Below the pieces are notes generated by a model. It was not told the DNA's origin and ran no database searches. It was given only the letters and a program-made list of their open reading frames with translations. DNA of 64,000 bases from Camelus dromedarius (Eukaryota), in NCBI RefSeq assembly GCF_036321535.1, contig NC_087436.1:87670001-87734000 (forward strand), in the 5' to 3' direction. Positions 1 through 13,670 of this stretch are shown here, one piece after another; the stretch's first letter is position 1; each line of letters starts with the position of its first letter. Made by a program: the position numbers and the translations under genes.

Positions 1-653
1 GAGCAAGGATCATGCTTTGTGCATAACTCCCATCCCTGCATTCCAGCATCAAACACTGAATGAGAACTTAGGGGAAAGGCAGATTCCAAATAATCCTTAC
101 TTGGTGAATTATTTCATCAAAGTAAATTAAGCATAGAGTTGACGTTTCAGTTCGAATGAAAAGTAGTCAGGTGTAGCCCATCAGCAAGGGGCACTAGCAC
201 AGCCTTGACCAGTTCTGGGTAGGGCTTTGCAACCCGCTCAGTAGCAGCTGGAGCTAGAAGGCACGAACCCATGGGTTCCTGCAGTTTTTGCCTAGGGTGT
301 GGTGTAGAAATTAGAAACGCCTTTCAAATCAAATGTAAAGTTCCAAAATGAACAAAAGCGAAAAATAATCCCTCACTGTCTATTTTTGGAAATGAGAACA
401 TTTTATTAATACTAGATATTTCCCATAAATTCTTTGTGAATGCAAAGTCAGGTCTTTCTCTAGTGTAAAAATGCTGCAGTCATTTCTTACCTCATTGATT
501 TTAAAAGCTCATTTTCCATTCAGATGCAATGCTTTCACTGTTTAAATAGCAGTTACCTGAATACACCTGTGAAAACCCTAGTTACATACACCTTCATTGA
601 CTATTTTTAGATTCACTAATCACTTACATTTTGCTTTTTTCCTCATGTGTATG

Positions 654-692
654 AACACACACACACTCTCTCTCTCTATATATATATATGTA
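654..692. repeat. Compound (CA)n(CT)n(TA)n microsatellite
   Basis: Directly visible. Confidence 0.85.
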
Positions 693-1946
693 TATTCCAG
701 TAACATAGGTGAATGTACTTAATGTTGTCACAAATATCTTCAATCTGAAAAAAAGTTAGAGTATCATCTATGATTCCAGACTCCACAGTCACCTTGCAGA
801 CACCAAAATTGCTATTGATACAGTTGTTCTGCCTCAGCATCAGTTTATTAATGTTGGTCACATTCCCCGAAAGCCATCCACACACACCCTTCAGCAAGGG
901 GAGTGAACATCTGATGCTGGATGAGAAATAATGTTGATAATTATGCAGGAAATAAATTCCCTTCCCCTCTTTTTTTTTTTCCTTCTTCCATATTTGTCAT
1001 TCTGTTCTTTCTCATCGACAGTGTAGTTAGCTGAACTGACTTGGAGGAAGCATTGTTCCCATTTGGAGCAGTTTCCAGATAAATAAGGAGATCAGAGCTG
1101 GCAGAGCCCACCATTTATTACAACTTCATTCTGTAGAGGAGGAAACTGAAGTAAATTGATGTGCCCAGGGTCACCCAGCTAGTCCCTGTTATCAACTAGA
1201 ATTCACTTTGGATGTCCCCCACCAGTGAGGGCAATCCATACCTTTGCCTCTCCTACTCGCTGCCAACTTGCTTGACAGGGATGCCTTGTCACCCAGCAGA
1301 TTTGGAAAACCTTTCCAGGATGTCACACCATCTTCCAGACCCTCCTTCCCAAGAAGATGGGCCTTCTGCTGCAGCAAATGCCACACCTGGTGTCCTCACT
1401 GCTCCACGCACGGGGACAGAGGGTGGTACCTGGCGTCTGGGAGTAGCCCTGTGCTTCTCACAGCTCCAGCCCTAACTTCACCTTCCTGCCATCTGTGATG
1501 GGCTCCACGGACCCATCTTCAGGGACTAGGGTTCCCCGTTCTCGCTCTCCATCCCTCCCTGCGCTGCTTCCTCCTCGCAGGCAGCAGGGCCCCCTATACC
1601 CGAAAGAGTGTTAAAAGCTAAAACGGCCGTCGACTGCTCCCCATACCCCCGCTTTTTGTTTGTTTGGTTTCTTTTAATTCAAGCAGCTGGAGTGTGTTTG
1701 TTCTGGAGCTCCTGCCACAGGCAGCCCCTACCCAGCTGCAGAGGCTGTTTGCTGTAAGGACAGCCTCCCCACCTCCTCCTAGCCCCACGTCGCGGCTGCA
1801 AACTGCGGGCCTCGCTCCCCTCACTCCGAGACACTGGGCACAGCAGGAGACCTGGAAGCCAAGAGAACTGCTCCATTCGCCGTCTTCCGTTTACTGAGGG
1901 AGGGAGGGTATCAGCCCGCAGAGCTGGCTGCCACTGTGATTCTAAT

Positions 1947-2124
1947 CAGGGCTGCCAGGTTTAGCAAAGGAAAATACAGGATGCCCAGCTGAGTTTGCCT
2001 TTCAGGTAAACAAACACTCTTAGTTTGTAGGTATTTCTCAATGCAATATTAGGGACTTATTTATACTAAGATATTATTTGTTGTTCAGATCCGACTGGGT
2101 GACCTGTGTTTACCTGGCAACCCT
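1947..2124. mobile_element. hAT-type MITE (MER53-like)
   Basis: Terminal inverted repeats agggctgccagg ... cctggcaaccct around an AT-rich core. Confidence 0.75.
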
Positions 2125-3639
2125 ATTTTAATATGCAAATAAAAGGAGCTGAAAAATCTTCCACGCAAGATCCTGAAAGGGTCTGCATTTCCAGCAAGGC
2201 TGCGGGACAGCGAACATTGCTGACCTACGTTTGCCGCCTCCAGGAAGGAATTAGATGTCTGGTAAGTCCTGCATGAGGCATTAAGCACATGCCACACATG
2301 CCTGTAAAGCCTAGACAATGATTTACAAGCAGTAAAAATGGAAATTAACTCACACCCAAATCCAGAGGAGGAGAAATCCCAGAACATCAAGTCCTGCCTG
2401 CAGTTGCCAAGGGGAAAGCAAAACACTCTGTGACAAAACCAAATTGTTGCAAAAGCGTTTCCTTGCACAGAAAGAGTTACTTATAAGGAGAGTGGATTAT
2501 ATAAAAGCTTTGGACTTTGATAGAAAAGGCTCCTGAGAGCTTCCCATTCTGTAAATCCTGCCACTAGCTGGCACACAGCGCACACCCACTCTACCTACTA
2601 CTCATGGCTTCGAAACACATCAGGTTTTACTTGGCTGACTCAGCAGCCTGGAATGAATTACTTCCTTTAACTCGGTGGCACATCTAAAAATCCCCTAAGT
2701 ATTTATGGTATTTATGGCAGGCCATGTTTGTCTTGCTAAATTGTACAGGCATACACACGGAAACGCTCTTGGATTTACCACTCAATTCAACAGAAAGCCA
2801 CTCATGTGCAAAATGCTGTGAGGAACACTGGGTGAGGATGGGGTACATGGTGTAAGGGAAGATGGGGCCAGCGCTGGACCCACACTGACGCCATTCTGCC
2901 CTCAGAGCACTTAGAATCCAGAGGGAAAGTTTCTGGAAGACAAGCTTCCTCCTCCAGCAGTACAACAGGTGCTGCCAATGCTGTGTTTGGGAAGGGAGAT
3001 GGGGAGGCGAGGGGTGGGAATGCGAAGCTGGGCAGGGGGAAGGATGCATATTCAGTCTATTTGTTAAGTGATCTATGGATGTATGTGGAAAGAATGTCAA
3101 TGTATTGTTTGGAACACATATCTAAGTAATAGATGCTCAACTGAATTCAAAAGTGCTAAATGTAATGGGCTCCAGCCCTACATGGTCAGTAGAGGAAAAA
3201 TCAATTTACAGATTCACCAAGATTTGATTTCCACTTGGTTATGAAGTCCCAACTGTGTAACAGCCTAAACCTGCAGATGGCAACATAGAATTTTGTCTTT
3301 GAACGTGTGATGTTATCGACTGCAATATGTGAGCAAAACTCAGCCCGGAGGAGATGTGCTCCTACTCGGTTCCCCCTTTTCGAAGAAGGTCACCACTAAA
3401 CTGCGTGATGAGGTTATTTTAAAAACCTGAATCCTGACCCAAAAGTGAAGGTATACGGATTGCTCTTTTGTTCTTCTCCTTTAAAACCTAGCTGGGATTT
3501 GCACTGTTTCCACAGCGTGGCCAGATCACGTCACTGTCCTGTAAAAAACCTGCCAAGTGGGCTCCCTCCTTGGCTCACAGCAAAACCTGCCACCCACTCT
3601 GCCACCTCCTGGCCACCCTTGCCGTTACCCCAAGAGGAG

Positions 3640-4170
3640 AAGGGAAAAGACCCCAGTTCTTGTCTTACTGGAAAGATAAGAATGCAGACAAGAGATGGTG
3701 CATTGTACAGCAAGGTTTTAAAGGATTTATTTAGGGAAGGAAAAGTGCACCTCCAAGAATGGGAGGTGGGCGGATCCAAGGGAGGGGAGCAGTGGTCTTT
3801 GTTTGCCCCTCCTCTTACACCCTCACTTAGAGGTGGTCTTTTGATTGATTGATGGCTCTTCTCCCTGGAGTGCTTAGTTAAGTCTGTCCTCTTTGCGCAT
3901 GTCCTTCCCCGTGGTGTACAAAGAAAAACCCCTGCGGGGCCTACACAGCAATGCTAATTGTATCACAATGAGCACTGGGTCCTTTCCGGTTAGGTCCTTC
4001 TCGCTACTGCACAGCTGCAGCTATCAGGTTCTAACTGATTTCTTGCTGGCACTCATTTAGAGGAAATAAAGCCCCTTTATGTTGGAGGCGGGCATAATAC
4101 CATCTTCCAGACCATCCTCCCTCTCCTTCCTCTCCTCCCTCTCCTCCACCTAACTACCTAATATTACCAC
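3640..4170 (-). mobile_element. Probable solo LTR (ERV1-like)
   Basis: gttcttgtcttactggaaag...tttattt layout typical of an antisense LTR; boundaries approximate. Confidence 0.5.
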
Positions 4171-4174
4171 CTGC

Positions 4175-4592
4175 TACTCTCCTTCTTTCACTGCTTCAGC
4201 CACACTGGCCTCTCCGCTCCCAGCACACACCGAGCCTGGTCCCACTGCAGGAGTGTGCTGTCTCCTGCTCCTCCATGTGGAGTGTACTGTGTTCACACCA
4301 GGGTTTCTTACTGTCATAAAGATCTCAGCTGAAATCTCAGCTCCACAGACAGGCCTTCCCATCTTATCCTGTCTGAAGTAGCACACCCCACCCAATGCAC
4401 TCTTTATCGCATTCATACCTCGTAAAATTATCTACAAAAGCCTTGTTTAAGTGTTTCTTGTGTTACTGTCTGTCTTCCCTATAATAAGGGCACAGTCTTA
4501 ATTATCTTGGTCATGAGAGCATCCCCTGGGCTGGGGACAATGTCCCCACACAGAGTAGGTGCTCAGTAAACATTTTTGATTGAACAAGTAAA
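4175..4592 (+). mobile_element. L2 3' end
   Basis: cagccacactggcctc...gagtaggtgctcagtaaacatttttgattgaac, typical L2 tail. Confidence 0.75.
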
Positions 4593-5651
4593 TTTCAGCT
4601 GCAGCCAGAAACAGGGCTTTTCAACATACTTCTACTAGAAAGGACACATGTCAGTGATGGGAAGGAGGTCCCAGACTCTTCCCTTTTTAGAAATCACTAA
4701 GGAAGAATGCAGTCAATCTCCTTTGAAAAATAACTTTATGTAATTTCTTGGAAAGCAATCTCCTGCTGTAGTAAATTTAAAAATTAGGAGAGGAATGTTA
4801 ACTAGTCTTGACTTTTAGTCTAACTTTCTCTTAAGACATTTTCATAGAATTTCAATACATAGGGTGACCGATTTCTGACTCTCTGACAATTTTCACCACT
4901 GGAAGATGGCTGCTTTGACCCAACTTTTATATGCTTTGGTTAATGGAAACCCACTCGTAAGTGTAATTGAAAAAGGGGTTGAGTAGATACTCATGAGATT
5001 TCGAGGTCCCCTGCGGCATCTACCATTGCCTTTTTGTCTCTTGAGCCTGACGTCCCTTCCTCGGCCTCTTTCAGTGCTTTAACCAAAGTCCTGCACTTGC
5101 TCTGACTTTCCACCCATACTGGGACCCCACCTTGATTTCCACATGACCCGAGTGCCTAACACAGTCATGCATCCGTGGGAGTCTTTTATTATAGTCTCCA
5201 TCAGTCCCATCAGTGGGTATGTGTTGAGTTCCTCCTTCAGGACAAGGAGCAGGTTTCTATAATCTTCCATGGGCCTCAGCTCCTCAGTCTGCAAAACCGG
5301 GACAGCGAGTACAATCAGCCACCGAGGACCTCCCTGCCCCTAGTTGTGAGATCTCTCTTCTGTCACCTTACCTTGGAAAATCTTCTCAAAGAAGTGTGTA
5401 CAACCCTGGCATAAAAAATTATCTTAAAAACTTTAAAAGTAAGGGCATTTAATAACTCATCTCCCTCCCACTACTCTGTTGGAGCTCATATCAAATCACA
5501 CATCATATTATCTGGAGCCAGGAAGCCAATAAATAGCTGGTTGTTTCTGGAAACACTTAGCCCCCTGGCTCTGTACACGTTCAGACTCAGTGATTCACAC
5601 TGCCTACAATGAGAAAAGAGGTAGATACTCAAGTCAGTCCCCCTCCAAATC

Positions 5652-6470
5652 CTTCACTGGTGCTCACCAGGGGTTCACAGAAAGCCTGGGGACAGGGTGG
5701 GGAGCATGGTTTGTGTCCTGGCCAAGGAACACTGAGTTTAGAGAGTCACCTCTTTGTAGCAAGCCTGCTCTTTGTCTTCGGGGAGATGCTACCTCATCCC
5801 TCAGGCTGCCCCCTGCACACACAACCCTGAGAAGTGGCCCAGGAAGGGTGAGAGCTCGCATTCTCAGCACACCCAGTAGGAACTTGCAGGGACCCACATG
5901 GCGGATCACCTCTCCCAGCAAGGTCAAGAACCAGTCTCAGAGGACCTGGCCCAGAGCCTTTCCACTGAGTAGGAAGAGCCCTTTCCTGCCCACCAGGTCT
6001 AGACCACGGGCTGCTCGCTGAGCACAGGAGAATGTGAGACAGTGGAAGTAAAAGGTCAGACCTGCCCCTCTGGCCTTGAGGGATTGTAGGAGGTGAAGAG
6101 AGAGGAAGCGGGAGGGAGAGAGATGAGGAGGGAGGGCCTGGGTGAGAGGAGACCAGGAGAATGCTGAGGGCGTCAGGCGGGACTCTGGGAGGGGGTCGCC
6201 TCAGACGATATCCCCCTGCACCGACCTGGGGCCACCAGAGCCAAACTGCTCAGCCTCAGCGAGGCCAGGAGATGGGCGCTGGAAGTTAGCTTTCCAGAGC
6301 TGCTCTCTGTCCCACTGTGGTGCAGCTCAGACCCAGGCAACCCCTAAATGACCCAGAAGGGGGTGCACTGGACCTAACTTAGGTGCCTCTGGGGATTCCT
6401 TTGGCCCTGTGCTCCTGGGCCCCGTCCTGGGGCTGCTGCCAGCCGGGCTGGACCCTTCCCATCCTCTGCC
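5652..6470 (+). repeat. Inverted repeat, left arm (819 bp)
   Basis: Reverse complement of 15452-16270; 12 substitutions and no indels counted by eye; mirrored ORFs in the ORF track. Confidence 0.97.
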
Positions 6471-6569
6471 ACAGGCAGCAGCACAGCACTGTCTGAAAGC
6501 CTTGGTTTCTTCATTCATGAAGTAGGGCTGAGAACTGCACCTATCCCACAGGCTTATAGAACCAAACTG

Positions 6570-6712
6570 CACCTCAGTTTCCTCATCTGCAAAATGAAGG
6601 TAATAATATTATCTATTTCAAATGATCGATGTAAGAATTAAATGACTCGGCATACTTAGAGCATTTAAAACAGGGTCTGGTACTAATTAGCACTGTACAA
6701 ATGTTTACTGTT
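6570..6712 (+). mobile_element. MIR SINE
   Basis: cctcagtttcctcatctgcaaaatg core. Confidence 0.75.
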
Positions 6713-8503
6713 TTATTCTACTTCCAAGTGAGATTTGCTTCATCAAAGTTTTTGCATGAAGATAGCACTTTGGAAATGAGAATATTTAAGGGTCACAGAA
6801 TCATAGCCTTTCAGAGCTGGAATGGATTTTTAAAAATTAATCAAGCCCAACACTTTTGTGTTTCAAATGACAAAAACAGGCTCAAAGTTGCCTACCCAAG
6901 ATCAGCCAGCCCACAGCGGCAGGGCTGGGACTAGAATCAGTTCAGAGCTCTTTCCAACATGCCACACTCTGCTCCATTCTTACCACGTAAAGCACCACAT
7001 GCCCGTGGCCCTGATCAAGCCAGAGCCTTTGCTGCCATCAAGCTTGGATCCCGAAGCCAACACAGAACACAAAGAAAGAATTTTGAAATTCCCAACCTGC
7101 ACCTAATTGTGAGATCACCACCACCACCATCCCACTGTCTTGGCTCTGAGATACCTCTGAAAACCTGATTCCCTAGCCCAGAACCTCCAGGGCTATTACA
7201 GAGCTCCCCCTCTGTCCTCCACCCACCACAGGTTTCAGTGGATTCTAGAGATTAAACAGGAAAGTTCTTCCAGTTCTTCCCCAACCAGCTCTGTTTATGC
7301 TCCCTCTTAATTCTCCCTAAGAAGTCTCTTGCCCAAGTAGAGTTTATGTAACTTTCGGCTAAGGTCAAAGCACTGTTCTCTTTCAGCAGCTGGATATTAA
7401 TTGGTCATTGATCTTTGAACTATGCTTTTTCAGACTGCTGGACTGAGAAAAGTGAATAACATTTGTCTTTTGGAGTGCTTTCTGCAAAAATCTCTCTCAG
7501 CCATCCTTTCCTCCCCTTTGCCACTGCCACCTCCCCAAGGTGGGCCCTTTCTACATTCTAGGTGATTTATCACGAGGTGCTGTATTGCATTGATGACAGG
7601 AAGTGCTTTGGAGGAAGTTGCTTAACTCCTCTAAGCAGAGATGGCCAGAGTGGGCACACAGGAGCAAATTGTGTGCATCTCTTCCCAGCTGTGCTCAGTG
7701 ATATGGTGTTGGCAGCCCACCCACTCCCATTCCCAGTGTGGGAGGATTCTCAGGTTTAAATTGTGATGGTCAAGCTTCTCCAGTTAAAGGTACTGCCTGC
7801 TCAGGGATGCCCTGGTCCTCAGGGATGCTCTCCAGACCCTGTGCTGCCTTTCCTATTTCCTGTTTGGCTTTCAGCTTTTCTTGTCTGTCAATATCATCAC
7901 CTCCCAATGGAAAAACAAAAAAGTGGTTACACTGAGACGTGCCCACAAGATGCCAAAAGCCACTGAGCCTGACTTTATACAAAAAAACTAACTCTTCCCT
8001 GAACTCACCAGCTATGTACTTGGTTTGCTGGCTTCAGAAAATCTGCTTTGTGATTTGCTCCAAGATCCAACAAAATGGTGGGAGGAAAATGAACTATTAC
8101 TGTCCTTACTTTCAGAATTTGCAAGGTTAATTATGGATGCCATGGTTCTGCACACTCCCTTGAAAAGCAGGAGGGGAGAAATGTTTTTCCACTTACTCTT
8201 TCCAACTTCTCCTTTCTGCCCACATCCTTACCACAGTTTACCTGGCTCTTCCCTGATTTTCCAGTTGGCCAGCTGTTACCATCCCTCCTCCCTGACTCCC
8301 CCCAAACCCATACACCTGATCTAAGCCACTTTGTTTTCCCTAGCTAACTTGTTCCAGATACAGACAAATCTCCTCCCTCCTCAGTTCAGCGTGGCAGAGT
8401 TCAGAAAGTTTTAAAAAGACATTTATTAAGAACCTAACTGGGAAGCTAGTATTGAGCTGGCATTCACCAGTGTGACCCTACTGTTTGTAAAGATATTGAA
8501 ATA

Positions 8504-10583
8504 TTGCAAATGACATGATCTTACATATAAAAAACCCTAAAGACTCTATACTGAAAGATTGTTATAAGTGGTAAGCAAATTCAGTAAAGTTGCAGGATAC
8601 AAAATTAACATACAAAAATCATTAGCATTTCTATACACTAACAACAAAGTATCTGAGAAGGAAATTTTTTAAAAATCCAATTTACAATAGCATCAAGACC
8701 AATAAAATATTTAGAAATAAATTTAACCAAAGAGGTAAAATATCTGTACACTAAAAAAACTATAAAACATTGATGAACGAAATTGAAGAAGACACAGGTA
8801 AATGGAAAGATATCCCATGTTCATGAATTGGAATAATTACTTAAATTATTAAAATGGCCATACTATCCAAAGCAATCTACATATTCAGTGCAATCCCTAT
8901 CAAAATTCCAATAGCATTTTTCAGAGTAGAAAAAACAATCCTAAAATTTATATGGAACTATGAAAGACCCCGAATAGCCAAATCAATCTTGAACAAAAAG
9001 AACAAAACTGAAGGCATCACACTTCCTGATTACAAAATACATTGCAAAGCTCTAGTAATGAAAACAGTATGGTAGTGGTATAAAAATAGACTTATAGACC
9101 AATAGAACAGAATAGAGATTCTAGAAATAAATTCATGCATTTACAATCAATTGATCTCTGGCAAAGTTCCAAGATCACACAATGAGAAAAGAATAATCTC
9201 TCCAATAAACAGTGTTGGGGAAACTTGGTATCTACATGCAGGAGAATGAAACTAGACCCTTACCTCACACCATATAAAAAGTCAACTCAAAATGGATTAA
9301 AGACTTTAATATAAGACCTGAAACTGTGAAACTATTAGAAGAAAACATAAGGGACATGCTTCTTGACATTGGTCTGGACAATTATTTTTTGAATATGACC
9401 CCCAAAATCACAGGCAACAAACCCAAAAATAGACAAATGGGATTGCATCAAGCTAAAAAGCTGCTGCATAGCAAAGGAAACAATCAACAGAATAAACAGA
9501 CAATCCATGGAACAGAATAAAAGGTTTACAAACTAAACATCTGGTAAGGAGCTAATATTCAAATTATATAAGGAATTTAAACTCAATAACAAGAAAACAA
9601 ATAACTCTATTAAAAAATAGGCAAAGGATCTAAATAGATATTTCACAAAAGAAGACCTATATGAAAAAAATAGAACATCACTAATCATTAGAAAAATACA
9701 AACCAAAACCACAATAAGATATCACCTTCACTTGTTAGAATGGCTATTATCAAAAAGACAAAAGAGAAGTTTTGGACGTAGAGAAGAGGGAACACATATA
9801 CACTGTTGGTGGGAATGTAAATTGGTACAGCCATCATGGACAACAGTATGGAGATTCCTCAAAAAATGAAAAATTGAACTACATTGTGATCCAGAAATCC
9901 CACTTCTGAGTATATATCCAAAGGAAATGGAACCAGGATCTTGAAGAGGTATCTACAGTCCCATGTTCACTGCTGTGCTATTCACAATAGCCAAGATAGG
10001 GAATCAACCTAAGTGTCCACGAATGGATGAATGAATAAAGAAAATGTGCTGTATATATACACAATGGAATATTATTCAGCTTTAAAAAAGAAGGAAATTT
10101 GTCATTTGTGACAACATGGATGAACCTAGAGGACATTCTGCTAGTGGAAATAAACAAGGCACAGAAAGACAAATGCTGCATGATCTCACTTGTATGTGGA
10201 ATCTAAAAAAGTCAAACTCAGAAGCAGAGAGTAGAATGGTGGTTGCCAGGGAGTTGAGGGTAGGGAAAATGAGGTGATGTTGGTCAAAGGGTACAAAGTT
10301 TCAGTTATGCAGGATACATAAATTGTGGGGCTCTAATGTATAGCATGGTGACTAAAGGTAGTAATACTGTGTTGTGTACTTGAAATTTGCTAAGGCAGTA
10401 AATCTTTACGTATTCTCATCTGACACACACCCAAAGGATAACTATGTGAGGTGATGGATATGTTGAATTAATTATGGTTATCACGTCACAATGTATCCAT
10501 ATATCAAAACATCACGTTGTACACTGTATATATTTATAATCTTTATTTGTCAATTATACCTTCATAAAGCTGGAGGTGTGGGT
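8504..10583 (+). mobile_element. 5'-truncated older L1 (L1MA-like): ORF2 3' part and 3'UTR
   Basis: Decayed ORF2 fragments (ORFs 8854.., 9326..); degenerate TSD AGATAYTGAAAYA at 8491-8503 and 10584-10596. Confidence 0.9.
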
Positions 10584-11119
10584 AGATACTGAAACACGAA
10601 TTCAGCAGCCTCCCTGGCCTCCTGAAACCCACCAGCAAAGGCAGAGCACCTGGTAAAGCAGCAGGAGGGGCTCCAGATCTTTGCCCCAGCACTGAGCCAG
10701 CATCCATTCTATTGATTAATGCATGTCCTTAAAATAGTTGAATGTTACCCCTGTGCTAAGGGAAATAAATAAGATTATGCATTTCAGAGCTCAGATTCCT
10801 CATCTGAAATTAAGAGCGGCCAGAGACTGGCCGGCTTCCACTGCCTGGGGAACACAGCCAGACTCCTTCCACAGAGCCACCCTGTCCCAGGTAAACTCTC
10901 TTGTTGGCTGAGGTCAAGGACACTTAACTTCTGTTTCTAGCCTAGAACCTGAGGTTAGTTCCAGAAACATGAGGCCTCCTTGTCTGTTGATTCCCCGACA
11001 GTCACAGGGGATCAGAGCCCATCTCTGATGAAGTTTTAGAAGCCTGTCGAGATGTGGAGGAAGCAAGAAATACACTCATGGAGGAAGGGTTCTGTTTTGT
11101 TTTGAAGAGAATGATGGCT

Positions 11120-11805
11120 TTATTTATTTTAATGCTTAATTGTGATGAAATTCATAAAACACAAAATTTTCCATCTTAACATTTTTAAGTGTACTGTTGA
11201 GTAGTGTTAAGTATATTCACATCATTGCGCCACAAATCTCCAGAAGTTTTCAGCATGCAAAACTGAAACTCTGTAACTATTAAACAGTAACTCCCATATC
11301 CCTCCTCCACAGCCCCTGGAAACCACCACTCCACTTTCTGTCTCTATGCGTTTGACTACTCTAGGTCCCTCATATAAGTGGCATCATACAGTATTTGTCC
11401 TTTTGTGACTGGCTTATTTCTCTTTGCATAAGGTCCTCAAGGTTCATTTATGTGGTAGCATGTGTCAGAATTTTATTCTTTTTTAATATGTACAGTATTT
11501 GATATGTACATACCACATTTTGTTCATCCATTCATCTGTCAGTGGACAATTTGGTTGCTTCTACTTTTGGCCATTGTGAATAGTGCTGCTGTGAATCTGG
11601 AATACAAATATCTGTTCAAGACCTTGCTTTCAATTCTTATGGGTATATACCTAGAAGTAGAATAGCTGGATCATGTGAAAATTTGAATTTTAATTTTTTA
11701 AAGAACCACTCTATTGTTTTCTACAGCAGCTGCATCATTTTACATTACCAACAGAGCACAGAGGTTCCAATATCTCCATATTCTCACCAACATTTGTTAT
11801 TTTCC
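11120..11805 (-). mobile_element. L1 3' fragment (L1MB-like)
   Basis: Typical antisense L1 3' end text (cccctggaaaccaccactccactttctgtctctatg; gatcatgtg...aagaaccactctattgttttc). Confidence 0.85.
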
Positions 11806-12362
11806 CTTGAAGAACTGGTGTGATCCTGTAGGATGTGAAAATATAAATTTATTTCATCATCCTTTATTCTAGGATTATGTCTTTTCATACTTTTTTAAAG
11901 GTTAAAATCTCCTTCCTTTCATCAAATGGTGGCAATGATAGTAGTTTTTTTTTTTAATATCCTTAGATGGAAAAATTTAAAATTGTCACTGCTATGTCAA
12001 TCTGTGCCCTTAGAAGAAAAATTTCAGGTCACAAAATCCAAGTCTAGAAACTATTGGACAGGAAAGAGCAATGAAGGCACTAACACTTGCTTGGGGTAAG
12101 AAGAGAATGTGTTTTAAAAACAAAAAGAGAGAAAAATAAATGGATTCTACCACAGATGCAATAGAGACAGAATAGTATCACTTAGCTGGAAGCCAACCCT
12201 ACTCACTCTAATCTAGCGGAATTAGCAAATGGTATCAGAGGCTGTAGAATAGAGCCCTGTACCCGCCCCCTACTCTGACTTCTGGGGAATCCCTGAGTTG
12301 AGGATGGATGCAACAGAAACAGAATGACCTGTGCAACTGGTCATCGCTGATACTCTTCTTTA

Positions 12363-12508
12363 CTGTTGTATTATTTTTTAATTATTTTTTTATTTTGGGG
12401 GCAGGAGGTAATTAGGTTTATTTATTTTTGGAGAAGGTGCTGGGGATCAAACCCAGGACCTTGTGCTTGCTAAGCATGTGCTCTACTACTTGAGCTATCC
12501 CCTCCCCC
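12363..12508 (-). mobile_element. tRNA-derived camelid-type SINE
   Basis: A/B-box tRNA head and A-rich tail; 17-bp TSD GCTGATACTCTTCTTTA at 12346-12362 and 12509-12525. Confidence 0.9.
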
Positions 12509-12949
12509 GCTGATACTCTTCTTTATTTCATTTTCCTCTTTAGTTTTTTCCCACTTAAATGCCTCACTTAAATGGCGTTCTTTATGCAGCTAGTAGCTGC
12601 ATTGGAATTTGTTTCAGAGGAACTAAGGGGAAACTGCACATAACAGGTGCATTTAGAAATGCCATGCTATACAGAGCCACCTTGCACACAGCAAAAAGTC
12701 TAGAAAAAGTAATCTAATGCACACTACTCAGCTTTTCAAGATTTCAGATATCATCCCATTGTAGACCTAAAACCATTTAAATTTCTGTACCTTGTCATAA
12801 TTCCAGCACCAAAGAGAGAGAGATGATTGAATTTATATGGCAGCGTCAACCAGGGATAATATCACATCATTGCTCAGAATATCCAACCCGGCTAATATAT
12901 AAATGAGATGAAGCCTGATATTAGGGGCTGGTTTTTTTAACCAATAAGA

Positions 12950-13325
12950 ACATGAAGAGATGAATTGGTGTGTCCTTTTAAATGTTATCTTGAAGGCTAT
13001 CAGCGTATTTTAATGATTTTTGAAACACATTCTTTTGAATGATTCCTGGGGCAGTAAATTGCCATCCACTCAGAATGGATGTGATTTTGGGAAATAACTA
13101 AGTGATTCAGAGCCACATCTGGTGAAGATGATTGGAATCACGCAGGGAAATGCTAGTTTCATCAAAAAAAAAAAAAAGGAGATATGGCTACAAAATAATT
13201 AGCTGGTTTGTAAACTTTTCTGAAGGCAATTCCAAAAGAAGAATTTCCAGAAATACATTGAGCAATGGAAATTTTGCCAGTAAAAATGTGTAGGGGTGCA
13301 ATTTGACTACTCTGAAGGAAAACCC
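12950..13325 (+). mobile_element. Mariner-type DNA transposon fossil (MARNA-like)
   Basis: ccaaaagaagaatttccagaaatacattgagcaatgg...tgactactctgaagg resembles a mariner transposase 3' end. Confidence 0.55.
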
Positions 13326-13539
13326 ACAAGTTTAAACTCTGCTATGAATATTTGGGGGAGGAAAACATAAACAAAAACACTGCTTTCCAAGGATACCTTC
13401 TAACTTAACCCTCTTGGAACACCAAACACATGCTGGCAACCCACAGGCCATATCTTGGCCCATATTTTGGTATTCTTTGGCTTGCAGAATATTTTTTTTA
13501 ACTCTGAATATTTAAATTGGGAGATTAAAATTTTTTTAT

Positions 13540-13670
13540 TTAAGTATATTTTTATTTAAGTAGTTAGTTTCTGGCATACAGCATAGTGATTCAGTTTTAT
13601 AAATACATATATTCTTTTTCATTATAGGCTATTAAAAGATATTGAATATAGTTCCCCATGCTATATACAT
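13540..13670 (-). mobile_element. Short L1 3' end fragment
   Basis: gtttctggcatacagcatagtgattcag...gatattgaatatagttccc. Confidence 0.75.

Noticed and set aside
5590..6351. Duplicated ORFs in the inverted-repeat arms (143, 87 and 69 aa, and their mirror copies)
   Set aside because: No recognisable domain, overlapping frames on both strands and non-ATG starts; explained by GC richness and duplication
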